From: an uncultured Planctomycetota bacterium
GTDB lineage: Bacteria > Planctomycetota > Planctomycetia > Isosphaerales > Isosphaeraceae
Direction of reading: 5' to 3'
Length of the DNA stretch: 64,000 nucleotides
Assembly: GCA_963737655.1 (NCBI GenBank)
Contig: CAVTTN010000002.1
Span: forward strand, 288,001-352,000
The notes beneath the pieces are model-generated. The model did not search any database. It had not been told where the DNA came from and worked only from the letters and a program-made list of their open reading frames with translations. The translations under genes and the position numbers were made by a program. Each line of letters begins with the position of its first letter. The first letter of the stretch is position 1. Shown piece after piece: positions 6,409-17,478 of the stretch.

Positions 6409-8637
6409 ATGGCTGACTCACTGCGAATCCCGGTCCTGGCCCTCGCGCTGATGATGGGCGCGTCCGCCGCGATGGCCGACGATCCGCCTCGCCCGGACGG
6501 CCCGAAAGCCAAGGCGCCCGGACCCTCGAAGACGTCCCCGAGAACTTCGTCCCGCTCCACCCGCGGACTACCGAGGACCAGCAACGGATCGAGGCCCTCC
6601 GCCTCTATTCCTCGGCCCGGGCCTTGGAAGACCGCCACCAGTTGACCGAGGCGCTGGACCTCCTGGAGCAGGCCCGCAAGCTCGACCCGGATTCTCCCGC
6701 GGTCCTCCGGCGGATCAGCCGGCTGGATTTCGTCCTGGGCCGCGTCGATCAGGCGGTGGCCCACTCGCGGAGGGTCCTGGAGCTGGACCCGGGAGACACC
6801 GACACGCTCTCCCTGCTCGTCGCCCACTACCTCGAACGCAAGAGCGACCCCGCCGCCGCCGAGAACCTCTTGAAGAAGGTGGCGACCAGCCCGAAGCTGG
6901 ACAAGACCTCCGCCGGCTACTACCTCGTCCAGCGCGACCTGGGGGACATCTACGCCGACCTCCTGGACAAGCCCGACCAGGCCGCCGACGCCTACGCGAA
7001 GCTGATGGACGCCCTGGACGACCGCGCCGCCGTGGCCCTGTCGGCCATCGACAAGAAGCGAATCCTGGAAGACGACGAGGCGGGCTCCTACCTGAAGTTC
7101 GGCGAGGTATTCCTCCGCGCCAAGAAGTTCGGCCTGGCGATCCGGGCGTTTCAACGAGGGCTGATCTACCGCCCCGACCATCCCCAGATCCCCCGATTCC
7201 TGGCCGAAGCCCTGCTCCGAGGGGGCCGGGTCGACGACGCGCTGAAGACCCTCGAATCGTTCCTCCGCCGCCAGCCCACGGGCGTCGAGCCGTATGAGCT
7301 GCTCGCCGAGATCCTCACCGAGCTGAAGCAGGTGGACCAGATCCTCCCGAGGATCGAGGCCGCCGCCCAGGCCGACTCCAAGAACCTCCGGCTCCAGTTC
7401 CTCCTGGTCGATCGCTACCGGGCTTCGGGCCAGGAAGAGAAGGCCGACGCCCTGTTGAAGACCCTCCTGGCCAACCAGTCCGACCCCCAGGTCTACGCCG
7501 CCCTGGCCGCGTCGTACCTCAAGGAGAAGAAGGCCGAGGAGCTGGTCCGCCTCCTGGGCGAGGCGCTCGACGAAGCCCGGCGGACTCGACGCCGTGAAGC
7601 CGCAGGTCGATGCGCTCTCCGAAGACCAGGCGCTGGCCGCCCAGGCGCTGGACTCCGGCATCAAGCTGCTGGGCGAGAACCCGCCGAGGCTCTCCGACGC
7701 CTCGCGAAAAATCCTCGCCTACATCGCCGGCAAGGCCAAGCAGACCGATCGGCTCGTCCGCATCGATCGGCTGGCCGTCAAGAACGCGCCGACGCCGCAG
7801 AACTATCAGGAACTCTTCTTCGACCTCTTCCGGGCCGATCGCCACGACGAGGCCGAGGCGGCGATGGACGAATACCTGGCCAAGTTCCCGGTCGAACGGA
7901 CGAGCCGGACGGTCCTGCTGCTCTCGAAGAACCGCTACTTCGGCGGCAAGATCGAGTCGTCCCTGGAGGCGGCCCGGGAGGCCCAGAAGCTCGACCCGGG
8001 GGATCGCGACGTCCTGGAATTCCTCGGCTACGTCCTGTCCAAGGTCGGCAAGGACGACGACGCGATCGCCCTGTACGAAGACATGCTGCGTCGGTTCGCC
8101 AATGACGAGGACGCGGTCAAGAAGGCGCGATCGGGCCTGTCGACGGCGTTCGTGAACAAGGGGAACTTCGCCCGGGGGGAGGCGGAGCTGGAGATCCTCC
8201 TCCAGAAATTCCCCGAGGACCCCGGGGTGAACAACGACCTGGGCTACCTCTACGCCGACCAGGGCAAGAACCTCGAACGGGCCGAGATCATGATCCGCAA
8301 GGCGGTCGAGGAGGAGCCCGAGAACGCGGCGTACCTCGACAGCCTGGGCTGGGTCCTGTTCAAGAGGGGCAAGATGAAGGAGGCCGTCGAGCCCCTGGAA
8401 AAGGCCGCGAAGAGCGAGCGGGTGGATACCACGATCTGCGAGCACCTCGGCGACGTCCTGTTCCGGCTCCAGGAATACGGCCGGGCCAAGGAGTTCTGGA
8501 CCCGGGCGGAGGGGTACGCCACCAAGGCCCAACCGCCGGACAAGCGACTGGCCGAGATCAAGAAGAAACTGGCCGACCTGGAAAAGCTCGGACCGACCCG
8601 CTCCGACGCGGCCAAGGGCCCCGCCGACCGTCCCTGA
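6409..8637 (+). CDS. Secreted tetratricopeptide repeat protein (frameshifts ~6530 and ~7580)
   Basis: Signal peptide plus TPR repeats, e.g. NNDLGYLYADQGKNLERAE...YLDSLGWVLFK. Split over three ORFs. Confidence 0.85.
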
Positions 8638-8763
8638 ACGCCCGATCGACCGTCGATTCCCCTCCGACCCCGGGCGAGCCGATCGCCGCGAAGGGCCGGA
8701 GGTCTCCTCGTCTCGCCGGCCCCCGACCCCGGCCGGGCCGGCCTTCCCGGAGAGAACCCGTTC

Positions 8764-9501
8764 ATGGCTGGGCACTCACACTCCGCCAACATCGCCCACC
8801 GCAAGGGCGTCGTCGATGCCAAGCGAGGCAAGCTCTTCAGCAAGCTCTGCCGGGCCATCTACGTGGCGGCCAAGAACGGCGACCCCAACCCCGACGCCAA
8901 CATCCGCCTCCGCTACGCCATCGACAAGGCCCGCTCCTACAGCTGCCCCAAGGAGAACATCGAGCGGTCGATCAAGAAGGCCAGCGGCGAGCTCGGCGCC
9001 GAGAATTTCGAAGAAGTCATGTACGAGGGCTACGGGCCCGGCGGGGTCGCCGTGATGTGCTCGGCGCTGACCGACAACCGTAACCGCACCGCCGGGGAGC
9101 TCCGCAAGGCGTTCGAAGTGGCCGGAGGCAACCTCGGCGCCACCGGCTGCGTCTCGTACCTGTTCTCGTACAAGGGCCTCTTCCTGATCGACGCCAAGCA
9201 CGCGACCGAGGACCGTCTGATCGAGGTCGCCCTCGAAGCCGGCGCCGACGACGTCCACCGGGCCGGCGACTACTTCGAGGTCACCTGCGACCCCAAGGCA
9301 TTCGACGCCGTGCAGAAGGCTTTCGAAGAGGCCCGGATCGCCGCCGAATCGGCCGAGACCACGTACATCCCGGCCAATTACGTCGACCTCGACGGCGACA
9401 ACGCCAGGAGGATGCTCAAGCTCCGCGACGTCCTCGAAGAGAACGAGGACGTCCAGAACGTCTACGCCAACGACAACCTCCCCGAAGAAGCGATGGCCTG
9501 A
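8764..9501 (+). CDS. yebC: YebC/PmpR family protein
   Basis: MAGHS...YEGYGPGGVA...TDNRNRT...DVQNVYAN. Confidence 0.97.
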   Translation: MAGHSHSANIAHRKGVVDAKRGKLFSKLCRAIYVAAKNGDPNPDANIRLRYAIDKARSYSCPKENIERSIKKASGELGAENFEEVMYEGYGPGGVAVMCSALTDNRNRTAGELRKAFEVAGGNLGATGCVSYLFSYKGLFLIDAKHATEDRLIEVALEAGADDVHRAGDYFEVTCDPKAFDAVQKAFEEARIAAESAETTYIPANYVDLDGDNARRMLKLRDVLEENEDVQNVYANDNLPEEAMA

Positions 9502-9653
9502 GGCCACGAATCCCCTTCGCGTCCCATGCCCGAGCGAGCCTATCCGACCCTAGATTTCCCGGTTGATGACGGCATGCCCACGAGGACGCGGGCATGCCTC
9601 GCGGTCGCGATCCGCCGAAGCCGTCCTCCCTCCCACCCGCGAGACCCGCACCG

Positions 9654-10826
9654 ATGCCCGCCCCGACGTTCGTGAAGGCCGACCGGCTCCAGAAGCTCCC
9701 GCCCTACCTGTTCGCCGAGATCGACCGGAAGAAGAAGGCCGCCATCGCCGCCGGCAAGGACGTGATCAACCTCGGCGTGGGCGACCCCGACCGACCCACC
9801 CCGCGGCCGATCATCGAGAGCCTCCAGAAGCACGTCGAGAACCCCGCGTTCCACCAGTACGCCCTCGACCAGGGCGCGCCCGAGCTGCGGCGATCCATCG
9901 CCGGGTTCATGAAGCATCGGTACGACGTGGACGTCGATCCCAACGCCGAGATCCTCCCCCTGATCGGCTCCAAGGAAGGCATCGCGCACTTCCCCTTCGC
10001 CGTGATCAACCCGGGAGACGTGGCCCTGGTGCCCGACCCGTGCTACCCGGTCTATCGCTCCAGCACGCAGTTCGCCGGCGGCGAGGTCCACCCGATGCCG
10101 CTGCTGCCGGCCCAGGGCTTCCGCCCCGACCTCGACGCCATCCCGGCCGACGTCTGGAAGAAGGCCCGGCTCCTCTTCCTCAACTACCCGAACAACCCCA
10201 CCGGCGCGACCGTCGATCGCGGGTTCTTCGAGAAGGTGGTGGCGCTGGCTCATGAGCACGACCTGATCATTGCGCAGGACGCCGCGTACAACGAGATGTA
10301 TTTCGAGACCCCTCCGCCCAGCATCCTCGAAGTCCCCGGGGCGAAGGACGTTTGCGTGGAGTTCCACAGCCTCTCCAAGACGTTCAACATGACCGGCTGG
10401 CGGGTCGGGTTCGCCGTCGGGGGCGCCCCGATGGTGGCCGCGCTCGGGCAGGTCAAGGCGAACACCGATTCGGGCATCTTCACCGCGATCCAGTTCGCCG
10501 CGAAGACCGCCCTGGACGAGTACGACACGATCACCCCGCCCCTCCGGGCGACGTACAAGGAGCGCCGAGACGCCTTCGTCGCCGCCTTCCGCAACATCGG
10601 CTGGGACGTCCCCTCGCCCAACGCGACGTTTTACATGTGGATTCCATGCCCGAAGGGCCATTCCTCCACCGACACCTGCGCCAGGCTCCTGGACGAGGCC
10701 GCCGTGGTCACCACGCCCGGGATCGGCTTCGGAAAGAGCGCCGAAGGCTTCATCCGGGCCACCCTGACCGTCGAAACGCCCCGACTCGTCGAGGCCGTCG
10801 AGCGGATCGGCAAGCTCTCGTGGTGA
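9654..10826 (+). CDS. dapL: LL-diaminopimelate aminotransferase (class I/II PLP)
   Basis: RLQKLPPYLFAEID, NLGVGDPD, NYPNNPTG, HSLSKTFNMTGWRVG. Confidence 0.88.
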   Translation: MPAPTFVKADRLQKLPPYLFAEIDRKKKAAIAAGKDVINLGVGDPDRPTPRPIIESLQKHVENPAFHQYALDQGAPELRRSIAGFMKHRYDVDVDPNAEILPLIGSKEGIAHFPFAVINPGDVALVPDPCYPVYRSSTQFAGGEVHPMPLLPAQGFRPDLDAIPADVWKKARLLFLNYPNNPTGATVDRGFFEKVVALAHEHDLIIAQDAAYNEMYFETPPPSILEVPGAKDVCVEFHSLSKTFNMTGWRVGFAVGGAPMVAALGQVKANTDSGIFTAIQFAAKTALDEYDTITPPLRATYKERRDAFVAAFRNIGWDVPSPNATFYMWIPCPKGHSSTDTCARLLDEAAVVTTPGIGFGKSAEGFIRATLTVETPRLVEAVERIGKLSW

Positions 10827-10914
10827 ATTCCTCCGTTCCTCCGCGGAGGACACCCGAGGGACGCGGATGGGATCGAGCTGTGACGGCGTCGGGCCAGGGA
10901 CATCGATCGTCGGC

Positions 10915-10980
10915 AACCGCGGAGTTCGCAGAGGCGGGAATCAAGGTTTTTGATTCCATGATCTGCGGAATCTGTGGTTG
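10915..10980. repeat. Intergenic inverted repeat (CCACAGAT-type REP-like)
   Basis: AACCGCGGAGTTCGCAGA ... TCTGCGGAATCTGTGGTT. Confidence 0.55.
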
Positions 10981-11098
10981 CCGAAGACCCTCCACGAATC
11001 CCTCGTCGTGAACAAGGGACGTCACATCGACCCAAATTCAAAATCCAGCTGCGCCTCTCCGTGTCACCCGCGGATCTATCCCCCTGCGCGACCCTCCG

Positions 11099-12009
11099 AT
11101 GGCCAAGGTCTACGACGCCTCCTCGAAATACCTCCTGGAGGCGGACCCGGAATCCTGGCTCCGCCTCTTCGGGATCGCGCCGACGGGTCCGGTGTCGGTG
11201 ATCGACGCCGACCTCTCGACCATCACGAGCGAGGCGGATAAGGTCCTGAGGATCGGCGGGCCGTCTCCCTGGCTGGTCCACGTCGAGATGCAGGCCGCCC
11301 GGGACCGCGAGCTCGCCCGCCGCCTCCTGCGGTATCACGTCCTGCTCGACCTGAAAGAGGGCGTGCCGGTCCACTCGGTGGCCGTCCTGCTGAGGCCCGA
11401 GGTGGACGGCCCCGACCTCTCGGGCACGCTCCACCTGGGCTCCCCGGCGGGCCTCGGCGGCCTCCGATTCGAATATCAGGTGGTTCGCATCTGGGAGCGG
11501 CCCGTGGGCCCGATCCTCGCCGGAGGGCCCGGGACGCTGCCCCTGGCGCCGGTCTGCGACGTCCCGACGACGGAGGTCCCCGACCTCCTCGCCCTCCTCG
11601 CCGCCCGGTTCCGGGACGAGGTCCCGCCCCGGCTCGGCGGGAGCTCTGGACGGCCACGCGAGCCATGCTAGGATTGAGGTTCGAGAAGGCGGAGATCGAC
11701 GCCCTCATCCAGGGAGTCCGGGCCATGATCATGGGGATTCGGGGGATCGAGACGTCCTCCTACTTCCAGGAAATCTTCGGGAACGGCCGCGCCGAGGGCC
11801 TCGCCGAGGGCCGGATCGAAGGCCGAAACGAAGGCCGGATCGAGGAAGCGAAGGCCATCCTCCTTCGTCAGGGTCGGGCCCGATGGGGCGAGCCCGACGC
11901 CCCCATCGCCCAGCAAATCGAGGCCCTCAACGACCTTGACGCGATCGAATCCCGGCTCGATCGCATCCTCACCGCAGCCGATTGGCACGACCTGATCCCG
12001 AAAGCATGA
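11099..12009 (+). CDS. Rpn/PD-(D/E)XK-like 'putative transposase' protein (frameshift ~11640)
   Basis: DADLSTITSEADKVL...LVHVEMQ with a C-terminal EGRxEG repeat tail, as in Rpn/DUF4351-like proteins. Confidence 0.7.
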
Positions 12010-12046
12010 GCATCGACCCAATAGACCGCGAGATCGCGAGGCCCCG

Positions 12047-13189
12047 ATGGGTCAGCTCGCCCTGATCGGCCTGGGATCGAACCTGGGGGACCGCCGGGCG
12101 ATCCTCGCCCGGGCCGTCCAGGCCCTCCGCGACTCGCCGGGATTGGCGGTGGTCTCCGTCAGCCGCCTGCACGAGACCGACCCGGTCGGCGGGCCGGCGG
12201 GGCAGGGGCCGTTCCTCAACGCGGCGGCGGCCCTGGATTGCTCGATCTCCCCATTCGAGCTCCACCGAATCCTCCGAGAAATCGAGGATCGGGAAGGCCG
12301 GACCCGCACCGTCCGCTGGGGCGAACGCACGCTCGACCTCGACCTCCTCCTCTTCGGCGATCAGATCCTCGACACGCCCGGATTGACCATTCCCCACCTG
12401 AGGATGGCCGTCCGCCGGTTCGTGCTCGTCCCCCTCGCCGAGATCGCCCCGGCGGCCCTCGACCCGCTCAGCGGATGGTCGATCGCCCGGCTGCTGGCGA
12501 ACATCGAGAGGCGCCCGGGGTACGTCCCCTTGCCGGAATGCCTAAACACACAACCATGCGATAGACCGGATTCCATCCGAAATCGACTGATGCGAACATC
12601 CCTCTTTACCCTGCTGAGCCGGCAGTTCGATCCCCTGAGGCTCCTGGACGAAGAACCGGAAAGGCGGAGGGTGGGCGGTCTCATCGAGCCCGTCCTGACG
12701 CTGTCCGACCTCCACCGGGATCGGTGGGCCAGCCCTTCGCATCCGGATCGGTGGTTGCTCACGGACGACTGGTTCCCGGATCGGTTGCGCGAGGTTGATT
12801 CGCTCCGGGAATCCCCGGAAATCCTGACCTCCACGACCGCCATCGCCGCCGCCGCGTATCCCTCGATCCAGGCGACGTTCCTCCCGGTCGCCTATGACGA
12901 CGCCGACGCCCCTCTCGCCCCGATCCCCGTCGAGTGGCAACGCGAATCGGGCCGATGCCACACCGGCCCTCCCCCTGCAACCCCTCGACTGCGAATCCGG
13001 GGGCTCGAGGCACGGACGCTCCGAAAGCAACTCGGCCAACTCCCTGCCGATGCATGCTCGCGCGAACTCGGCCAAATTCCAGAGATCCAAACTCTTCTTG
13101 ATGACGCCAGAGATCGCGACGAACAAACGATCACCGACGAGATCCTCGCGGCCTGCCTGGCGAGCCGGGCCGCGGTCCATCCGGTTTGA
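12047..13189 (+). CDS. folK: 2-amino-4-hydroxy-6-hydroxymethyldihydropteridine diphosphokinase with a long C-terminal extension
   Basis: IGLGSNLGDR, FLNAAA, RWGERTLDLDLL, PHLRMAVRRFVLVPLAEIAP. Confidence 0.92.
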   Translation: MGQLALIGLGSNLGDRRAILARAVQALRDSPGLAVVSVSRLHETDPVGGPAGQGPFLNAAAALDCSISPFELHRILREIEDREGRTRTVRWGERTLDLDLLLFGDQILDTPGLTIPHLRMAVRRFVLVPLAEIAPAALDPLSGWSIARLLANIERRPGYVPLPECLNTQPCDRPDSIRNRLMRTSLFTLLSRQFDPLRLLDEEPERRRVGGLIEPVLTLSDLHRDRWASPSHPDRWLLTDDWFPDRLREVDSLRESPEILTSTTAIAAAAYPSIQATFLPVAYDDADAPLAPIPVEWQRESGRCHTGPPPATPRLRIRGLEARTLRKQLGQLPADACSRELGQIPEIQTLLDDARDRDEQTITDEILAACLASRAAVHPV

Positions 13190-13394
13190 TCCTTTCCCTT
13201 CCCAGGTTCACGTTGCTGCCTCCGGAATCGGCGGAATCCTCGATCGGAAGACGTTGACCACGATGACCACGCACTCGGTTTGGTCGGCCTTCTCGTCCCG
13301 GTTCTCCTCGGGGCCATGTCCCTGGCGGGGAAATCCTTTATAATTCCTCCACGAACCGGGCGAGTCTCGCGAGGGTCGGACGAGGGTGAGGCCG

Positions 13395-13910
13395 ATGGCC
13401 AAGAAATCCGTGAGCAAGCCCAAGACCAAGACCAAGGCCCCGGAGAAGCCGAAGGGCGACGACGGGTTCCACGTCGTCGCCCGGAACCGCCGGGCCCGGT
13501 TCGAGTTCGACCTGATCGAGAAGATCGAGGCGGGGATCGTCCTGACCGGCACCGAGGTGAAGTCGTTGCGGAACGGCAAGGCGAACCTGGAAGACTCGTA
13601 CGCGGGGCTGGAGCACGGCGAGGTCTGGCTTTATGGGTGCGACATCCCGGAGTATCTCCAGGCCAACCGGATGAACCATAAGCCCAAGAGGCCCCGGAAG
13701 TTGCTCCTCCACCGGAGCGAAATCCAGAAGGTCGCGGCGAAGTCCTCCGAACGCGGCCTGACGCTCGTCCCCCTGCAGATCTACTTCAAGAAGGGCATGG
13801 CCAAGGTCGAAATCTGCATCGCCAAGGGACGCAAGACGTTCGACAAGCGCAAGGCGCTCAAGAAGCAGGACGCCAAGCGCGACATGGACCGCGCCATCCG
13901 TCGGGGTTGA
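13395..13910 (+). CDS. smpB: SsrA-binding protein
   Basis: NRRARFEF...EAGIVLTGTEVKSLR...RKLLLHR...AKGRKTFDKR. Confidence 0.97.
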   Translation: MAKKSVSKPKTKTKAPEKPKGDDGFHVVARNRRARFEFDLIEKIEAGIVLTGTEVKSLRNGKANLEDSYAGLEHGEVWLYGCDIPEYLQANRMNHKPKRPRKLLLHRSEIQKVAAKSSERGLTLVPLQIYFKKGMAKVEICIAKGRKTFDKRKALKKQDAKRDMDRAIRRG

Positions 13911-13924
13911 AACCTTCCCGTCTC

Positions 13925-15448
13925 TCACCGACGGGCGTCGAACAGGATCTGGGCCAGCCGGGCGCGATCGGGCGTCTTCCAGAGGTGAAGCCCCGCCAGG
14001 CTATCGACGCGCCGAGGCGGCCGGGATCGCTCGGGCGAGAGCGGGACCGCAGGCCCGAGCCGGGCGATCCGGATCAGGTCTCGCGGAGTCAGGCCGGGAC
14101 TCGCCGCCTTCAACACCGCCACCACGCCCGCCACGTAGGCCGCCGCGTCCGAGGAGCCGCCCGAGACCTCCCCGTCCGAGAAATAGGCCCGCGAATCCTG
14201 GATGACCGCGTCGGGCTTCGGCCTCCGGTCCAGGGTCGGGCCGACCGAGGAGGACGGGTCGGCATCGCCCACGGTCAGCACCAGCGGATGGTCGGCCGGC
14301 GGGTAGATCTCCCCCTCGCCCGAGGCGTCGAGGAACTCGATCGCCGCCGTCGGGGTCGTCGAGCCCGGGGGCAGGAACGACTCGCGAGACGCCGAGACCA
14401 GGACGCGAATCCGGTCGTCCGCCGTGAACCGGCCCCGTTTGGCCCGGACCCGAATCCGATAGGCGTAGTCGGGATCGGTCCGAACTCGCGGGCTGGCCGG
14501 GAGATTCGTCAAGACGACCCGTTCCCTGGGATTCCGGGTTTCCTCGGGACCAAGCTCCCCGGGCCGGGAGGTCTGCTCCTTCTCGCCCGAGCCGACGCGC
14601 CTGCCGGCCGGGTCCTCGACGAAGACGTCGAGGTCCTTGTCGGTCCCGGCGTCCTCCTCCTCGCGGTAGTCGTTCCAGGTCAAGGTGATCGTGACGGCGT
14701 TCTCATCCAGGTAATTCCGGAAACGGAGGGCGGCAATGTCCGAGCCGCCCCTCAGCCGGAGGAAGCCGTCGTTCAGGATCCTCACCGGACCGTTGTACAC
14801 ATGGCCGCCGAAATTCCCCGCCGCGTTGACCCAGAGGATTCCCGAGTCGATCGCCTCGGAGACGATCTGATCAATCGGCCCCCGGCCATCGCCGTTGCCG
14901 CCCCCTTCGAACGATCCGCTGAACAGGATCACATCGACCTTGTGCTCCATCGCGAACCGGACACCCCGGCGCAACATGGTGGGTCCATTGGCGTTCAGGA
15001 GATAGAACTTCGGCCCTCCTCGGTGAGACCCGGTCATCGCCCAGACGATCTGGGCCATGACCCGGCCGTGACGGTTGCCCGGCTCGAACCCCTTGCGATA
15101 CTCCGGGTCGCCCAGGCCGAACCGGCGGATGAAGTCGGGGTCGTAATGTTCCACGACCTCCGCCGAGTTCGGGAGATAGGGCCCGCCGTCGGCCATCCCG
15201 TCGAAGCCGTAATCCAGGATCGCGACCTTCACGGCCTCGATCCCGGCGAAGTCTTCATAATCCGGTGAGAGGCCGAACCGCTTGCGGGCCTCGCGGGCCT
15301 CGACCAGGTGCGAAGCCCCTCGCCGAACCGGGGTTGCGTCGTTTCGAACCGCCTGGGCCCACCCCGAAGCGGTCGGGGCGAGCCAGGCGATCAGCAAGGC
15401 GGGGACGAAGCCCGTCCACCCGGATCGACCGAGGAGGGAAGGCGGCAT
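13925..15448 (-). CDS. Secreted S8 (subtilisin-like) serine peptidase
   Basis: Signal peptide plus triad motifs VAILDYGF, HGRVMA and GGSSDAAAYVAG. Also WVNAAGN and KPD. Confidence 0.85.
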   Translation of the reverse strand: MPPSLLGRSGWTGFVPALLIAWLAPTASGWAQAVRNDATPVRRGASHLVEAREARKRFGLSPDYEDFAGIEAVKVAILDYGFDGMADGGPYLPNSAEVVEHYDPDFIRRFGLGDPEYRKGFEPGNRHGRVMAQIVWAMTGSHRGGPKFYLLNANGPTMLRRGVRFAMEHKVDVILFSGSFEGGGNGDGRGPIDQIVSEAIDSGILWVNAAGNFGGHVYNGPVRILNDGFLRLRGGSDIAALRFRNYLDENAVTITLTWNDYREEEDAGTDKDLDVFVEDPAGRRVGSGEKEQTSRPGELGPEETRNPRERVVLTNLPASPRVRTDPDYAYRIRVRAKRGRFTADDRIRVLVSASRESFLPPGSTTPTAAIEFLDASGEGEIYPPADHPLVLTVGDADPSSSVGPTLDRRPKPDAVIQDSRAYFSDGEVSGGSSDAAAYVAGVVAVLKAASPGLTPRDLIRIARLGPAVPLSPERSRPPRRVDSLAGLHLWKTPDRARLAQILFDARR

Positions 15449-15492
15449 GGGTCCTCGTTCCTCACAAGTCCAATCAAGGGCCGGAGATCGGT

Positions 15493-15981
15493 CTACCAGC
15501 AGAACCGGCGATAGCCGAAGCCGAAGCCGCCGAAACCACCGTAACCGCCGTAGCCCAGACCATAGCCGCCGAAGCCGCCGTAGCCGAACCCGGGATATCC
15601 GTAGCCGTAACCTCCATAGCCTCCATACCCGTAGCCGCCGTAGCCCCCGAATCCGCCGAAGCCTCCGTAGCCCAGGCCCAGGCCCAGCCCGCCATACCCG
15701 AGGCCGAAACCGAAGCCGCGGAAGCCCCCGAAGCCGCCGTAATGACCCAGCCCACCCCATCCGAAGCCGTGATGGTAGCCCCCGAAGTGGTGCCAGGCCT
15801 GGGTCGGCCCCTCGGCGTCCATCTCGGCCGACCTCGGCGCGTCCGACCTGGCCAGGGCCGAGGCCGTCGCGGTCCCGGGCGAGAGGTTCCGCCTGGGCCC
15901 GAATTCCGAATCCATCTCGCCCGCGAAGGCCGGGGAGGCCAGCAGGGCGGTCGTCGCGAGGAAGCCGAAGAAACGAGTCAT
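15493..15981 (-). CDS. Secreted Gly/Tyr/Phe-rich low-complexity protein
   Basis: CAGGAGG RBS, signal peptide, acidic pro-region, then a ~95-aa GYG/GFG repeat region ending RRFCW. Confidence 0.85.
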   Translation of the reverse strand: MTRFFGFLATTALLASPAFAGEMDSEFGPRRNLSPGTATASALARSDAPRSAEMDAEGPTQAWHHFGGYHHGFGWGGLGHYGGFGGFRGFGFGLGYGGLGLGLGYGGFGGFGGYGGYGYGGYGGYGYGYPGFGYGGFGGYGLGYGGYGGFGGFGFGYRRFCW

Positions 15982-16106
15982 GGTGTCCTCCTGAACCGGA
16001 AAGGGTTCCACCTCAGAGTCCCCACCCGAATTGTACCCTCCAGGGCGGCCTTCGCCAAAAGCAAACCTGTGAATCCTGATGCGTTGTACGCGACGCCCGA
16101 AAATAC

Positions 16107-16135
16107 TTGACATGGAACCTAATCACCCTTAAGCT
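16107..16135 (+). promoter_or_regulatory. Sigma70-like promoter of the marR-pirin-wrbA operon
   Basis: TTGACA-17 bp-TAAGCT. Confidence 0.65.
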
Positions 16136-16176
16136 GATGAGGTCCAATCGATCCACGGACGATCCATGGGGTGGTC

Positions 16177-16656
16177 ATGAGCGGAGAGCTTGGCAGGGAG
16201 TTGAAGAAGAGGGGTCCGTTCGAATCGCCCGAGCAGGAAGCCATGCTGAACCTGTTCCGCACCCACGATCGGTTCTCCCTGCGATTCGCCCGGCTGTTTC
16301 GAGAGCATGGCATCACCCCCTCGCAATACAACGTCCTGCGGATCCTGAGGGGGGAAGGGGCCCCGCTGCCGAGCCTGGAAATCGCCCAACGGATGGTCAC
16401 GGCCGTCCCCGGGATCACCGGGCTGATCGATCGCCTCGAATGCCTCGAACTGGTGGCCCGGGACCGCTCGACCGAGGACCGCCGGATCGTCTTCGTGGCC
16501 ATCACCCCGAAGGGTCGGGAGGTCCTCGACCGGCTCGACGGCCCGGTCGCCGAGCTTCATCGGTCCCTCCTGGGACACATGACCCTCCTGGAAGTCCACG
16601 AATTGAACCGATTGCTCGAAAAGGCCCGGAAACCGCTCCCGGACGCCGAGGACTGA
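16177..16656 (+). CDS. MarR family transcriptional regulator
   Basis: ITPSQYNVLRIL...ITGLIDRLE...DRRIVFVAITPKG. Confidence 0.93.
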   Translation: MSGELGRELKKRGPFESPEQEAMLNLFRTHDRFSLRFARLFREHGITPSQYNVLRILRGEGAPLPSLEIAQRMVTAVPGITGLIDRLECLELVARDRSTEDRRIVFVAITPKGREVLDRLDGPVAELHRSLLGHMTLLEVHELNRLLEKARKPLPDAED

Positions 16657-16730
16657 GGCGAAAGACCCGGTACTTTTTTCGGATCAATGGTCGATTGGTC
16701 AATCATTCAGGTTTCAACAGGAGACGTGCC

Positions 16731-17429
16731 ATGCTTCGCGTTCGCCGGTCCGCCGAGCGAGGCCATCTTGACCACGGGTGGCTGGACACCTACCACACGT
16801 TTTCGTTCGGGAGTTACCATGATCCCCGCCACATGGGGTTCCGATCCCTGAGGGTCATGAACGAGGACTGGATCGCGGGAGGGCGAGGGTTCGGGACGCA
16901 TCCCCATGAGGACATGGAGATCGTGACGTACGTCCTCGAAGGCGGTCTGGCGCATCGCGACAGCCTGGGGACCGGCAGCACGATCGTCCCGGGCGAGCTC
17001 CAGAGGATGACCGCCGGGACCGGGATCGCCCACAGCGAGGCCAACGCGTCCCCCGATCGTCCGGTGCATCTGTACCAGATCTGGCTCTACCCCGAGAGGG
17101 ACGGCCTGGAACCGTCCTACGAGCAGAAGGCGTTTCCCGAAGAGGAGAGGAGGAACCGGCTTCGGCTGGTCGCCTCGCCCGACGGGTCGGACGGATCGCT
17201 CTCGGTCCGCCAGGATGCCCGGCTTTACCTCGCTTCTCTCGACGACGCGGTCTCCGCCACCATGCCGCTCAAGGAAGGCCGTCATGGGTGGGTGCAGGTG
17301 CTCCGGGGGTCGATCGAGCTGAACGGGCAGGCCCTTTCCGCCGGGGACGGCGCCTCGGCCAGCGAGGAGCGATCGCTGGAGATCACGTCCCGGGGTCCGT
17401 CGGAAGTGCTCGTTTTCGACCTTTCTTGA
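16731..17429 (+). CDS. Pirin family protein (YhhW-like)
   Basis: [39 protein letters not shown]. Confidence 0.95.
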   Translation: MLRVRRSAERGHLDHGWLDTYHTFSFGSYHDPRHMGFRSLRVMNEDWIAGGRGFGTHPHEDMEIVTYVLEGGLAHRDSLGTGSTIVPGELQRMTAGTGIAHSEANASPDRPVHLYQIWLYPERDGLEPSYEQKAFPEEERRNRLRLVASPDGSDGSLSVRQDARLYLASLDDAVSATMPLKEGRHGWVQVLRGSIELNGQALSAGDGASASEERSLEITSRGPSEVLVFDLS

Positions 17430-17478
17430 TCGATTTCGTCCGTCATTCCGCCCCAAAGTCCTCGTCAGGAGACTTGCG

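Noticed and set aside
11099..12009. Rpn-like gene as an active mobile element
   Set aside because: No terminal repeats or target duplications are visible, and the family is not shown to transpose.
13190..13394. tmRNA or tRNA near smpB
   Set aside because: No GGGG...CCA acceptor stem or T-loop signature seen. No tRNA or rRNA was recognised anywhere in the window.
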